From Cycas panzhihuaensis (taxonomy: Eukaryota; Plantae; Cycadophyta), in assembly GCA_023213395.1 (NCBI GenBank), contig CM041465.1, positions 118,923,741-118,987,740 on the forward strand: 64,000 nt of DNA, read 5' to 3'. Shown one piece after another: positions 11,462-25,408 of the stretch. A model generated the notes under the pieces. That model was not told where the DNA came from. It made no database searches and worked only from the letters and a program-made list of their open reading frames with translations. Every line of letters starts with the position of its first letter. Positions within the stretch are counted from its first letter, which is position 1. A program made the translations under genes and the position numbers.

Positions 11462-14400
11462 TATACCCTTTCTTATCTATAGGATATTCAACAAATATGT
11501 CTTAAAGTACCCTTGGCTGGAGTTTATTTTGATCTACATCTAGAATATGGGCATAGTATATAGAGCCAAAAATTTTGAAGTAGTGAACAATAGGGGCTTG
11601 TCCTGACCACTTTTTATTAGATGAGTATCCTTCCTTTGATAGGCTAACAATATTAATATAATAAGTAGTTGTCCATATGACTTCAACCCATAGATAGGCA
11701 AACACATTTTTGTATGCTAACATAGCTCAAGCCATGTATATAATTATCATGTTCATGCATTTAACAACTCCATTTTATTGTGGGATACCTACTACTATTA
11801 TTTGATGCTCGATGCCATTGTTTTGAAGGTAGATTCAAACTCATGTGAGGTATATTTTCCACCATTATTAGTTTGAAGACATTTGAGTTAATAACTTGAC
11901 TCTTTTTCAGTATGGCTTTTAAATTCTTTAAATATACAAAAGACTTCATCTTTCTTATGTAGAAAAGCTACCCATACTTTTCTAATAAAATCACCAATGA
12001 AAGAGATGTAATATAATTTTCCCTTTAGTGAAGGAATGGTCATTGGTCTTCATAGATTAGAGTATACCAATTGTAATAGATGACTTAATTTTCACCAACT
12101 TTTAGGAAAGGGTTGTCAATAAGATTTGGCAATGATACAAGCTTCACATTTGAAGGGCTTAGAGGAGAACTTTGGAATATTTAGAAGAGTGTTACAAATA
12201 TCTCTAAGTCTATCAATGTAAACATATCCCATGCGAGCATGCCAAAGATCTTTTGGTGACAACATTGAATGAGTTAAGATAGAGTTAAAATATAAATTCT
12301 TCATCAGCACAAGGGATTTAGGCACAATAGGCTTCAAAAGATAGAGAGATATTTAGTCCAAAGAGTTTACCAAAGAGATGTCCAGTCAAGACCACTGAAT
12401 TAGTTGGAGGGTGAATAACCTGGAGAGTTTGGTCATTTGTAGTTACACTTAAATTAAATCTATGAGAGATAAGTGTAGATAAAGAGAGTAGGTTTTGTTT
12501 GAGATTGGGTGTATATATAAGACATCAAGTAATGTAAAATCTCTTAAGCTTTGGAGTTTCAAGCAAATGTTACCAATTCCTTCAATAAGTTATTATGACT
12601 TATCAGCCATATGAGTAACTCCTTGAATATTTGAGTCAAATGTTTCATATAGATTATGATTGCATATCATATGTTGAGTTTCTCCTGTGTCCATGATCCA
12701 TTGTCTATCAATTGAAGCCATGCTATTTATAATTCTAATGGGGCTTGGCATTGGTGAAAGAAATTCACAAGTGATATATCCACATCAAGCTTTAAAGTAT
12801 CTCTGTGGTTGGTTAATGCCATTTAATATCGAAGATCTCTTAATTCTTTGAAAGTGTACTTGTATAAAACCTACACCACTAAAGGATTCTTCACAAGTTT
12901 TGTCAACATTGTGAGCTCCATGTTTTTGTTGGAACTTAGCCAACTTATAAGTGGTGATTCTACAATCTTTTACAAAGTATCCTTTGCAATTATAGCAATC
13001 ACACATAATAGTTTGATTACCAGTCCCTGAAGAGGTACTAGTTTAGCCTGACTATCTTACTCTTTATTGAGATGGCCCTTGGCCTTAAGACTATCGAGGC
13101 TATGACTGAGGGTTTGGTTAACTTTGTGGATGATTTCTCATGTTTCTTCCTATTCCTCTTGCTCAGTTGTTTCCTTTGCCATAAGAAGGACCTTGATTTT
13201 TTATGTAGCTAGCTTCTTTTTCCACTTCAAAGGCTGCATCCAGAAGAGAGTCAGAGGCTATAAAGTTATTATCAAAGGTTTTATCCAATTCTATGAACTT
13301 TTCAGCAAGTGCTTTGAAGTTGAGTGTCTTCAATGTTCCACTAGATTAAAGACTTCCAAGCAAGTTTTTATAATTAGGGACATGTAGATATAATTAGATC
13401 AAAAATGCCTAAGTGATATATTATGTCTTAAAATCTTTATCAATTGCATGTTTTATTAGTCAAAGAGGATTTATTATCTTATGAGCCTATCCCTTCTACA
13501 TTTTTAATTTATTTATTTTTAGAACAAGATGAACAAATTCTAAATCTAACTTAATATCAAAGTTCTTCTTGAGAACTCTAAGGACCTTTTAGGCTATATT
13601 ATATTATTCTTCGTTAATCAAGTTATATAAAGAATGATCAATAACCAATAGAATTCTTGCACAAATCCTTTTATCTCTAATTATAGTTTAGTTATGGCAT
13701 CTGTAGGAGCTGTTGGTGTGGATCCACCAGAAGCAGGTGTTGTAGTTGTTGTAGGTATAAGGGGTATAGGTTGCAAGTGGGCTCTCCAAAGGCCTTCATA
13801 CTTTGCAACATTTTAAACTCCAATATACCATAAATCCCAATTTTCTTTACCTTTCAATATGTAGTTGACATTCTACATAAATTGAGATGATATGGTGATG
13901 ATGAAAAAGTAGAAGAGATGATGTAAGTATGTACCATTGACACATGTGACTAGTACATTTAGCACAGTAGGGATATAGAAATGAATGCTATGATGAGAAG
14001 TAAACAATGATTAAGTATTTTTTTAATAACTAGAAAAAATGAGTATAAGCAATAATGCAAGAATGAGGCCTAATATAGAGCTGGTAAAGAGTGGTGATGT
14101 GTTATGCCACTAACCTCTAACTTATGTATAAATATATGTGAGGTTTCAATGCTTAAGGCTTCTAGTATACGATTAAGACCTTCACCCGTGATACTTGCAC
14201 CTACGCTTAGTGATAAAATCTAAGTCACAATAGAGCCCAGGTACTCTCAATCCTCACCTAGTTCACTAATGAGAAGCCATATATCTCCTCTAAAGATTCA
14301 AATAGTATATGTATATCCCATGGCTATGACAGATATTGGACTGAGTTAATTTTAATATTACATTAAGATTTTGAGTTTTCTCAAGTGGTTATCAAGATTG

Positions 14401-16684
14401 TACCTAATTGAAGGCCATAGGGATGGCTAACCTGTCCCTCTACCACTATTCTAGTTAAAACCAGACGTAATATGAAATTCACACCTCCCTTAGGCCCCAA
14501 ACTTTAGCCAATCATAGTCTATTTCAACTAAGGTAAGTGTGTGCACAAGTCAAAAACTAGCAGCATAAATCATACGGATGAGATTCCTTTTAGGAATAAT
14601 GTAAGTTATTTTTGAATAACTAAAAACTGAAATGGAAAGTTACCAAATATGCTTGCTTGTCTTTCATGCTTGCTTTGTTGTTGTTTCTACTTTATATGAT
14701 ACTTTATGCTGTGTGTACAAATAGAAAAAGCATGCTAGATTTAGCAAGGGAACTAGATGTTTCTTTCAATCCAAGGTTTTCCTTACTTTAGTACAATGTT
14801 TAAAAATATGTTTTTAAAAATTTCAATGTAAAAGTCATAAAGGGCTAAAAAGAGAGATTAACTTACCACTAAAATACTAATTTTTCTAAATCTAGATTTA
14901 TGCTATTTTACATTATTTTATGATTTTTTTACAAAATTTATAAATAATGATAAATGGACAAAGTTTTCTAAATATTATAATTATGAAGGCCTAAATGATG
15001 AAATTTAAATTTATAGAAAAAGGAAAAAGTATTTAGATTGTCAGTTTTAATAGGGTAGTGAAGTTAGATTTTTGAAAATGCATAAAAGATTTTTGCCTAA
15101 AAAAGCACAAAAGTAAAATCTTGCTAGATCCACTATCTTAGAATCTAAACTTTAATATGTCAAAAGTTTCATCTTGATATATACATTAACTTTTCCTTTT
15201 GTACTATCTCCAAAATTAGCTAAAAAGCTACCTGACACACCCTCACAATGTCTTTTGTGGGGTTGAGTAAGTAAATTCAGCATCTATGAGAAAACTTCAA
15301 ATATCTCACTAACTAGTGGATAAAATTTGATGAGATTTATCTTAAAATATACATAAGACATAAACCTACTAGATCCCTTAAAAAAACTTTCATATTTTTA
15401 ACTCATGTTTAAAGAATTTCATTAAGAAAAGTGCCTTAAGTCACTTATCTATAAATTTTAACATTTTAATTCAACCAAAACTCACTATTATAGGCTAAAT
15501 CTGAAGCTACTCTAGAAGAAAAAAATGATCCTCTTATCAAGTTAACCCTTCATGCCAAATTTCATTAAAATCTAAGATGGTCAAATTTTTCATAAATATT
15601 TAGGCCTTTAATGCTTTTGAGACTGTTCCAACAACCAAACAGCTTCAAAAACCTATATTTTTTACCTTTGAAATTCTACACACATAGAGAAAGTAGTAAC
15701 ATATAAATTAATATAATTTTAAGTTCTAAAAATTTTAAAAATGATGAGTGTACTCTTAATACTTCACATTAAAGGTGAAGAAGAAGTAAAATGACTCCAT
15801 GCGAGTGAAATAGAGTGAATAAATCCCTTTCTAACTCTGATGCCACAAGAAGGAATGATGGATCTAGGGAATAAATCACTCACATACACACAATAGTAAT
15901 AAGAAATGAAAAAAATATGAAATAACATATCATAGCAAGCTCAGAGGTAAGAATGAATAATGACTCCTTCCTTGAGTTTTTACCTTTTATTATTAAGGGT
16001 GAGCATTAGGGTTAGGATTTTCCTTCTTAATGACATGAACCCAAAATTATATCTAAATACACATAAAGTATATTTTACTAAGAGACTAATACTAACAATA
16101 TATCCAAGGCTACTTAATTAATCTATAAAAATGACCTTGATATATTAACCTCTTTCAGTTTTACTCCATTTCTTCTAAAGTATGGCCTACATATATATAG
16201 ATCTAATTATATAATCTATAAAAAAAATAATTTACTTCTAAGCATCATTAAGACGAAGTGAGTTAATGGAATTTTCTATCTTTTATAACCATTTATCTAC
16301 TTCAATTTCACCATCCTATGAGTATGTTAACATCTTAAAATTATAATAAAAAAATTGGTTATTGAGGCCATCATTTCTTCTATATTCCTTTTAATTATCA
16401 TTATATCTTTTATTTTCTTTTTTATCCTCTTCTTTTTTATTACTACTTTTAGAGTTTTATTGGTCTCCTCCTTTTCTAGGGCCCTTAGCTGTGGTCATAC
16501 TTTCTATCATCCAATTTATATTAATTATGTCATTACTAAATTTTTCCTAGGCATTAACTAGTTCTTGTTGCTTATGTCTAGTTGTTTATAAGGCTCTTCT
16601 ATTTCCTTTTTAAGTTTTATTCTAAAAGATCAAAATTTAAAGTCCATTCCCTTTAGATATTTAATAATCATAAGTTTCAAGTAT

Positions 16685-16984
16685 TGTTAGGAAATAAGAA
16701 GAAAGATAAAAAAGAAAACTAAAATAAATCTCCAAAGAGCCAAATGATCAAAAGATCATAGATGAGTTAACTCATAAAATATTATTTATAAATGAATGAT
16801 AATTCTCTATTTATAGGTATCAAAATTGATCACCTTTTAAAAAATTAACTTCCTAATAATAAAACTAACTTTTAATAATAATAATAAGATACCTACTTCC
16901 TAATAATAATATAACTTTTAATAATTAAAATTAATAATTTATCATATTTGTGTTTGACTTCTATAATTATATCAAATTGCATCA
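16685..16984 (-). mobile_element. LTR related to the G3 LTR
   Basis: TGTTAG...GCATCA. Colinear similarity to ~845-1107 (TCTCTATTTATAGGTATC, AAAAAATTAACTT, ACTAACTTTTAATAATAAT). Confidence 0.7.
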
Positions 16985-17540
16985 TCTTCCTTATTGATAA
17001 TCACACACAATTCATTATACTTTGATGTAAATAATGCCTATACTCTCATAAAATTTCATTACATATAGGATACATGTTGCTTATAGTTTGAGATTTACCA
17101 CTCTCTCCTTAGGTATACATCATCTCTACGTTTCATACTAAGTAGAAGAAGAAATTTTCCCTTTACCAACAAACATATTTAATTTACCTTATAGGTGAGA
17201 AATAGCTTCAAATATGGGAGCCATCTAACGAAAAGAGGACATAATCCCCACTAATATAATTATAGGAGAAATAGAAAAGGATATGATCATGATATCAAAA
17301 TACATCATAGTCAAGATACTCTAAGTAGGCTATGATAATAAAAGAGTAGGGTGTAGGTTGTATCTAATTTAAGTATAGAATTTGGTAATTAGTAGGCTAG
17401 GCAAAAAACATGTATACCCTAAATAATTTTAGATCTAACTACAAACAAGCTGGAGAATTCTAAAGTTGAAAGGTAGTTGAAGGTTTATAAAGGAGAGGGA
17501 GCTCTTTTATGAAGAGAAGGGATTGATAAGTTATATATTT

Positions 17541-20500
17541 TGTTATGAAGCCAAGGTGTACACCCTCTTTGAACTGACATGTCTATTGGAAGTGATATGA
17601 AACTAAGGAGCATGACCCCTTTATGAACTAGCATAATCATTAGTAGTGGTCATTTATAAAATATTAAAAGAGTAGGAGTTTAATCAAATAGATGATTATG
17701 GTGGAATATTTCTTAGAGCTTTGATATTTAGAGATAATTATAGGTAACAATGAATTCTAGGATGAGTCACCTCAAAGAGGAGAAAATTTCAAACCTTTTA
17801 ATTAATTTTCTATACTATTTAACTATTATTTAATATTATTTTCTCATTATTTATATATCATCATATGTGGATATATTATGAATCCACATTTACTTTATAA
17901 TAAGTGGTATTATAGCATTAGGTTTACCTAAGTACAAGAGGTTGAGTTAATTTTTTTTTGAAAGCTTCTCAGTGAAATTTTATACCCATCGATGGTTAGA
18001 CTATGATATAATTTTATTGGGAACTCATAATATATTACCATCTATTCTATCATGGTATACACTTATTCATTATCAAAATGAGTGGTTATATGACATAGTT
18101 TGGTACCAAAATAATTGAGCATTTAATCTCTAAACTTACCTAAGGTAAATTTATAGAGTTTTATAATATTGAGATACTTAACATCCAATGATTAAAACTA
18201 AGCTATCTAGTAACTATTTTTAGTAATTCATTTTTTAAATTTAGGTATTTTTTATAATCTATTCTCCTATGTATAATTTAATATGTGAAACAAGCAAGAC
18301 AAAATCATTTTGGAGCTCTATTTTAGGTTGGAAAAAAAAAAAGGAGAAACTTCCCTTTAGAGAACACAAAGCACTATGTCATCTTAGGAAACATGGCTCA
18401 AAGAATTAAAGAACTTACAAACAATTCAAGGAACTCCAAATTTGTGCACATTATAATTGCACTATAAGATTTAGTAGAGGTGCTATAGAATTTAGTAGAT
18501 AAATTATCTTAAGAGATGTTTAATATATAAGAAGAAGTTGATAAGGTCCTACATAAAAAATAGAGGGAAGGCACATTAAGAGAAAATTAGGAAATTAAGA
18601 GGGAACCCATACTTAGGGAACCTAAATATATAAAAGTTCTAATATTTAGAAATGTAAATATTTAATTAGAATATTTTGATCTAGATAAAAGTTAGGAAGT
18701 ATGAGCATGATTAACAAAGATATAGACCTGTTTTGACATTCATCCATGCTTTTATAGACAAAAAATCTTATTTTCAATATTATATTTGAGTAATCAAACA
18801 CTATAAATGTTTACTTAGTGATGTGAGGACTATGATAATACCACAAACTTTAACTAGATTTTTTTCTATTTTGAAATATGTGAGTAATATAAAGATATAT
18901 AAGATAGAGATTTCTACTCTAGACTTCATTGTCTTTAGTATATGAAATTTATACAATAATATATATAAGAATTTAAAATTTATAAAGCATGTTATCCACC
19001 GCAATAAATGAGAATCTAGAAATATATCTCAGAGGACTTAAACCAAATATTTGCTATAGGTTTAAAAACTTCAGGTTTATAAATCTATGATAAGTAATAT
19101 CAAAAGTTAGAAGTATTCATGCTAAATTTAATGTAAATCAATGTTATTATACTAATTTTAGAAATAATTTTTAACCACCTCCAAAAATTCAAGTAATGGA
19201 CTCATTCTTAAAATAAGAAAGTATATTAAATTCTACCAAGGTCGAATACCTTAAAAAGGGAACATACTTTAAATGCAATGAAAAATAGACAAAAGATCAT
19301 CAATTCTCTAGTATAGATACTAAAAAATTATTTATGTTAGAAAATAAACAATAAATAATTGAGAAATCATTAGAGGAACCTATTATGGAAGACAAACAAG
19401 TCATAAAAGAATTAGCATTGGAAGATGGAGATGATAACCTTAAGATAAAGATCTCATTGAAATTAATAATAAGAGTTTTGGCATCACTTCAAATATTATA
19501 TCTAATAGAAATAATAACAAATACAAAGGTAACTATCTCAATTGATGGAGGAAGCACTTATAACTTGATCAACTAAAGGATAGTTAAATAAGCAAGTCTC
19601 CAAATTACCCCACTTAAGCAATTTTGGGTAGCTATTACTAGTGGGAAGATAATACCATATGGGGGATTTTGTCAAAAGTTCCCTTTGATAATGCATAATT
19701 ATATGTTATAATCTACTATGTTTTCCATGCTAGTAAGTGGTTTTGATTCACTTTTATGCATTCTATGGTTATAAACCTTAAGGTCAATTTTCATAAACTA
19801 TAACAAATTATTCATGAAGTTTTAGGAAAATGGGAAGAAGTACATATTATATGGATCTCCCACACCCTCAAATTAAGAAGTCTCTTCGCATCATATAGGG
19901 AAAATCTTTTAAAAAGGAACTTCAAGGTATGTGATCAATTATTTTTCAATATCAGTGGCTAGAAACTAAGATATTCATCCTAATATGAGCACTTTAATAT
20001 AGGAAGATAATAATATTTTTTTAGAATTACAAAATAATTACCATTAATAGGGGATTAGAGAATGCCACTGAACTTGAACTTGATATAACCCCAATTAACA
20101 TTTGACCATATTAACATTCTCATCATCACAAGATTATCATTGAAAAGCTAATATAGGAGCTGATGGATCAAGGAAAAATAATATGTAACAGAATCCCTTT
20201 TATAACACAAGTCATTTAATTCCAAAGAAAGATGGATCTTTTATAATATATGTTGATTATAGGCATCTTAATAAGGCTATTGTTAAAAAATAATTTTTGA
20301 TTTCTCAAATCGAAGATCTCCTAGATGAACTACATGATGCTCATTTTTTTACAAAGATAGATATTAAATCTTACTATTACCATATCTAAGTTATGGCTCA
20401 AGATACAAAAGAAATGGCTTTTTGTACACATAAAGGTCACTATGGATTTAAGGTTATACCATTTGAACTGACAAATACACCAACTTTTCAAGATATTGTG

Positions 20501-23128
20501 AAGTAGGTATTTTATCCCTATTTTAGGAAATTCATTTTAGTCTTATTTGATGATATTCCAATTTATAATAAGTCCTTAATCAAGCACTCACAACATCTTA
20601 AAAAGGTCCTCCAAATATTATAAGGTAATTTCCTATTTGCTAACAAAGCAAAATACACATTTGGGTTAGAAGATGTAGATTACTTAGGCCACATAATAAC
20701 TCATGAAGGGGTGAAAATGGATCTAAAAAATATCTAAGAAATATTAGACTAGCCTCATCCCATGAATATATCAATGATAAAGGGTTTTCTAATAATATTT
20801 AGGATTATATAAGAGATTCATTAAGGGTTATGGATGTATAATAATAACCCTTTTATATTTGATAAGAAAAGATACTTTCAAATGGAATGAATAAGCAAAT
20901 AAATCATTCAAAAATCTCATGAAATTAATAACACCCCTTCTAATGTTTCTTATATTGAATTTTGAATAAAAAATTATTATAGAGTGTGATGATGTTAGAG
21001 ATGGATCAGGTATAATAATAATGCAAAGTGATCAACTAATTTCATATGAAAGTCATAAATTTAAGGAAAAAGAGAAATCATGCCATATCTATAAATATTA
21101 AATATTGTCTATTATTCATGCAATTACAAAATGACATCATTGCTTAATAGAAAATAAATTTATTATTGAGATTGACCATGATAACCTTAAGTACTTTCTA
21201 AAATAACCATCCTTGTCTAAACAACAATAGATATGGGTGAACAAATTATAATCATTTAAATTTTGAAATAGTTTATAAAATGGGAAAATAAAATGTTGTT
21301 GCAAGCACTCAATCTATAAAAGAGATAGAGATATCACTCTTTAAGTTGTGACAACATTAGGTCTTGTATGGATCACCTAAATACAATAAGAAAATGTGTA
21401 AGACCCATATGTATAAAAGACCGTTCAGTAGGTTAAAAATGTTTTAAATTAAAATAAGAAATTTCAATTGAGAAATAATATCCCTTGGTATAAATATCAA
21501 ATTTATATTTCTCCCACTTTAACATTCAAAAATACAATCCTTCAGGAGTATCGTTCTACTCCTCTAGAAGATCATATATGGATAGATAAGACTTATAGAA
21601 ATATTATATAATTATTTATCTAAAATAACTTAAAAAGTGATGTACACTAATATGTGGCTAAGTGCAATACTTAAGAGAGGAACAAGTCTAAAATAATACA
21701 TATGCCCAACCCTTTGTAGCCATTACATATCCCTAAAAGAAAATGGAAAGAAATATCCATAAATATTATCACTATCTTACTATATTCAAATGGAAATAAT
21801 GCAATATGTGTAGTTGTTAACAAACTTATAAAATATGCTTATTTTAGGGGAATATAATTGACCTTCAAGGTAAGCCAAGTAGTAGATATTTCCATTAAAG
21901 AGATTTATCAATTACATTAATTTCCTAGAGTTATTATTAGTGATCACGGTCCCAAATTCACAAGTAAAATTTAGAAAGAGACACTTACCTTAGTTAGAAC
22001 CAAATTAATCATATGTATGGCATATCATCATTAGATAAATACTCAATTAGAAGTAATTAACAAATATTTAAAAGGGTATATTCATTACTTTACTTTAGAA
22101 AATTAATATCATTCATATCATTAATTATATTTGATAGAATATCTCCATTCAAAGATCTCTATGGGTATGATCTGCCATCTTTAATCCATATGATTACTCA
22201 ATCTAAAGTTTAAGTACTTAATGACTAAATAAGAAAAATAGAAGACAGCCTTAAGAACCTCAAAGATAACTTGAACACAATAAGGAATAGGATGAAACAA
22301 CAAGAAGATTTGCACTACGCTAAAAAATAATTTAATATTAGTGATTAGGTATTTATAAGGCTCTATCCTTATAAATAAATTTCATTAAACAAATATAGGA
22401 AGTACAAGATGTAACTAACATTCTATTATGCTTTTCAAGTGTAGAGGGGAATTGGTGAAGTTCTTTATTAGTTGGACATTCCAAATTTAAAAATTCACAA
22501 TGTATTATATGTATCTTGCTTAAAATTTAAAGTTAGAGGCAAAGTCACAATGTAAACAACTTTTCCCAAATTAGACAATGAAGTATTATACATCCTACAA
22601 CCAAAAGGCAAAAATATAGATAAGATCAAGACAACTATGTAATAGGGAGATAAAGGAATATATCATCAAATAGAAGGATATGGGCATTGAAGATACAACT
22701 TGGGAAGATGAAAATTAATGCTAGCAAAATTTACATGTTCTAATGCTTTAAGGGTAAAGAATTTTTTGAGAGTGAGGGACTTATTATGAAGCTAAGGGAT
22801 GTACCCACTCTGAACCAACACATCTAGTAGAAGTGTTATGAAGCCAAGGGACATGACCTTTCTATAACCTGACATATTCATTAAAAGTGGTCATTTATGA
22901 AATATTAAATGCGTAGGAGTTTAACTAAAGAGATCATCATGGTTAAATATTTCTTGGAGCTTTGACATTTAAAGGCAATTGTAGGTAGTAGTGAATTCTA
23001 GGAGGAGGCCTAACCTTGAAAAGGACTAACTTTAAAAACGTTTGACTATTTTTTTTATTATTTTACTATTATTTAATATTATTTTTAAATTATTTTTATA
23101 TCACCACATGTGGATAAATTATGGAACC
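17541..23128 (+). mobile_element. G2: heavily decayed Ty3/Gypsy chromovirus
   Basis: 5' LTR ~17541-18095, then a degenerate PBS TGGTACC at 18101. Protease SIDGGSTYN (~19540), RT (DLLDELH, LFDDI; ~20090-20720), RNase H, integrase, chromodomain EDTTWED (~22700). PPT GAGAGTGAGGGA at 22768-22779; truncated 3' LTR 22782-~23128. Confidence 0.88.
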
Positions 23129-25408
23129 TTATTGGGTTTCTAAAAATCTCAAAAAAAGGGATTCAAATTTTTCTTATTATACTAGTTTGCTCTTATTTAT
23201 GTTATTAACCTTCCCTTATTTTCTTATATTCTTCCCTTCATCCCTTCCTACCTTTAGTATTCATCCCTACCCTTAAGGTCTAATATTTTATGAATCTTTT
23301 TAGCTATGCATATCATTAAGATAAACCAAAGTGAGAATCTTAGGTCATAAGAAGTAGCCTAATAATGGTGGAAATATCATACAAATGAAAGATGTGAAGG
23401 GCTAGCTACTATATTCTCTAGAGAGTTATTAGTTTATTTTAATTATTTTAAGTGGTTGTACTTATAATTCATTATAACTTTGTTGTCCTCAAATATCTTA
23501 ATGTAATACGTATTCATTCATCCTTCGCTAGTGTTGATTTAAAATATTTGAGTACTATTTTTAAATATATTTATTCATGAGTCTTTCTATTATGATCACT
23601 TGGATAGTGGATATGTAAATGAATGTATTTTAATCTCGTGACATTATATATCTATGTTGGTAGGAATGTTAATACACCATACGATTTTTCCCCTTTAAAG
23701 TCAACTCTTTGATTTATATTTTATTCATTGGTTTGATGGTTCAACTAGGCTAGTTGTTGAACTAGGGGAATAAACCCTTTGTATGAAAGAAAATTGTTTC
23801 AAATTTTTGATGTTGTAAATGGTAATAAGGCTAGTATATATGGGCATTATTTTAATATTATTATTTATATGTAATCTTTATTATCTTATACTTATTTCAT
23901 ATTCTAATGTTAATTACTTATTAGGTGATTTAGCAAGGTTGTTTTACTTAGTGGTTTGATATTTTTCTATATTCCTAGATTCCTTTATCTATTAGATATC
24001 TTAGAGGTTGAAGTGAAGTGACTAAGTAAGGTTGGTATCCTCATTCATTAGCCTAAAATCCATTATATATTCCTTTTGATTCTCTATTTTTATTGTTAGT
24101 GTATTTCATGTAGATCCCATTGTAGTATAATTATGAAGATATAATACTAATACTCTCTCAAAAAGGAATTACCTCTACTTAAATAAAGGGTCTTATGATT
24201 CATTAGTATTGTCATTGTCCTTGAGTTGGCCTTAAACATAAAATACTAAGGTCCCTATTACTAAGGAATTTACATAGCATAAAGATAGATGGCAATAGAG
24301 AGTTGATTGAGAAAATCATTATTATTTCTTTTTTGTAGTTATCTCCTCCTAGTAATATTCTTATAAGTAGGTTGATCCCTAGTAGGCCTAGATTGAGTTT
24401 ACATGTAAGCTTGGAACTTCATCTTATAAAGAGTCCAATACTTATCATGAAGAGTATGCTAATGACTTATATAATATTTTGGACATGGAATATATTTTTT
24501 AATAAGAGTAATGATTTAAAATATATCTTCTTCTTAGTTTTTAGTATTTTAAAAGTCAACACCCAATTTACATTCTAAGATCTAAAGTATAGATGTAAAT
24601 AGGTCTAGTAATTCATATTATATGAGGGGCTTAATTTGTTTTATAAGATTAAGTTTATCTTTATAAGGAAAAGACTTTGGAATAAGTTTAATTCTAGATT
24701 AAATTTTGAATGTCTTAAGAGCAAGAGATTTATTAAGAGCATTTAGATAAGAAGTGAAATTCATCTTTAACATTTCAAAATAGAGTTATGGACTTAATCC
24801 ATGTAAGAAGGAATTGATAAGAAGACCATCAAGGTACTCATATTTAGAGGCAAATATTAAATCTTAAAATTGTTAAGTGAACTATAGTAAGTTTCCTAAG
24901 AACCTTATTTAGAAGATAAGAGAGATTTAACACCAAAGTTAGAAGGTTTTCCTATATTGAAACAGGTGACAAATTGGTTAACAAATTATTAGAAAGTAGA
25001 TATAGAGTGTAAGGGTAATTGATAAAACCATTTAAGTTCATATCTAAAATATATATATGGGAAGAGAAGACAAAGAACATTATTATTTTCATATCATTAT
25101 AAGTAAGCCAAATAAAAAGCATGAATGTGAGATTATTTTAAGTACATTCAAAGAAAGACAATAAACAAATAAAGAGGGGAAGGCTAGTCCTTTAAATGTA
25201 TGTGATAAGAGGGCTATTCATATAGTCTATATAAGAATTATGAATTCTTGAAGTAAGGGAAGTAATAATCATACTAAGGGATGGAGTATTTAGGACTATT
25301 GGATTACTTCTAAATGGAGGAAATCTAAGAGGAGGTATAATAGGTTTGGTCTTATTACTTCTTTAACATACAAAAATAAAGTAAGATAACCAAAAATAGA
25401 TGGAGGTG

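Larger units (their letters stand above)
4051..16157 (-). mobile_element. Copia A copy 1: decayed Ty1/Copia, 3' LTR deleted, interrupted by element B1
   Basis: 5' LTR 15848-16157 matches the LTR at 52536-52846. PBS complement CTCTGATGCCA at 15835-15845. Minus-strand domains: gag with Zn knuckle (CYNCKGYFVKDC ~12970), protease WIMDTG (~12690), LWHARMG (~12240), integrase (11460-12100), RT (5050-5990), RNase H (4500-4900). Confidence 0.9.
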
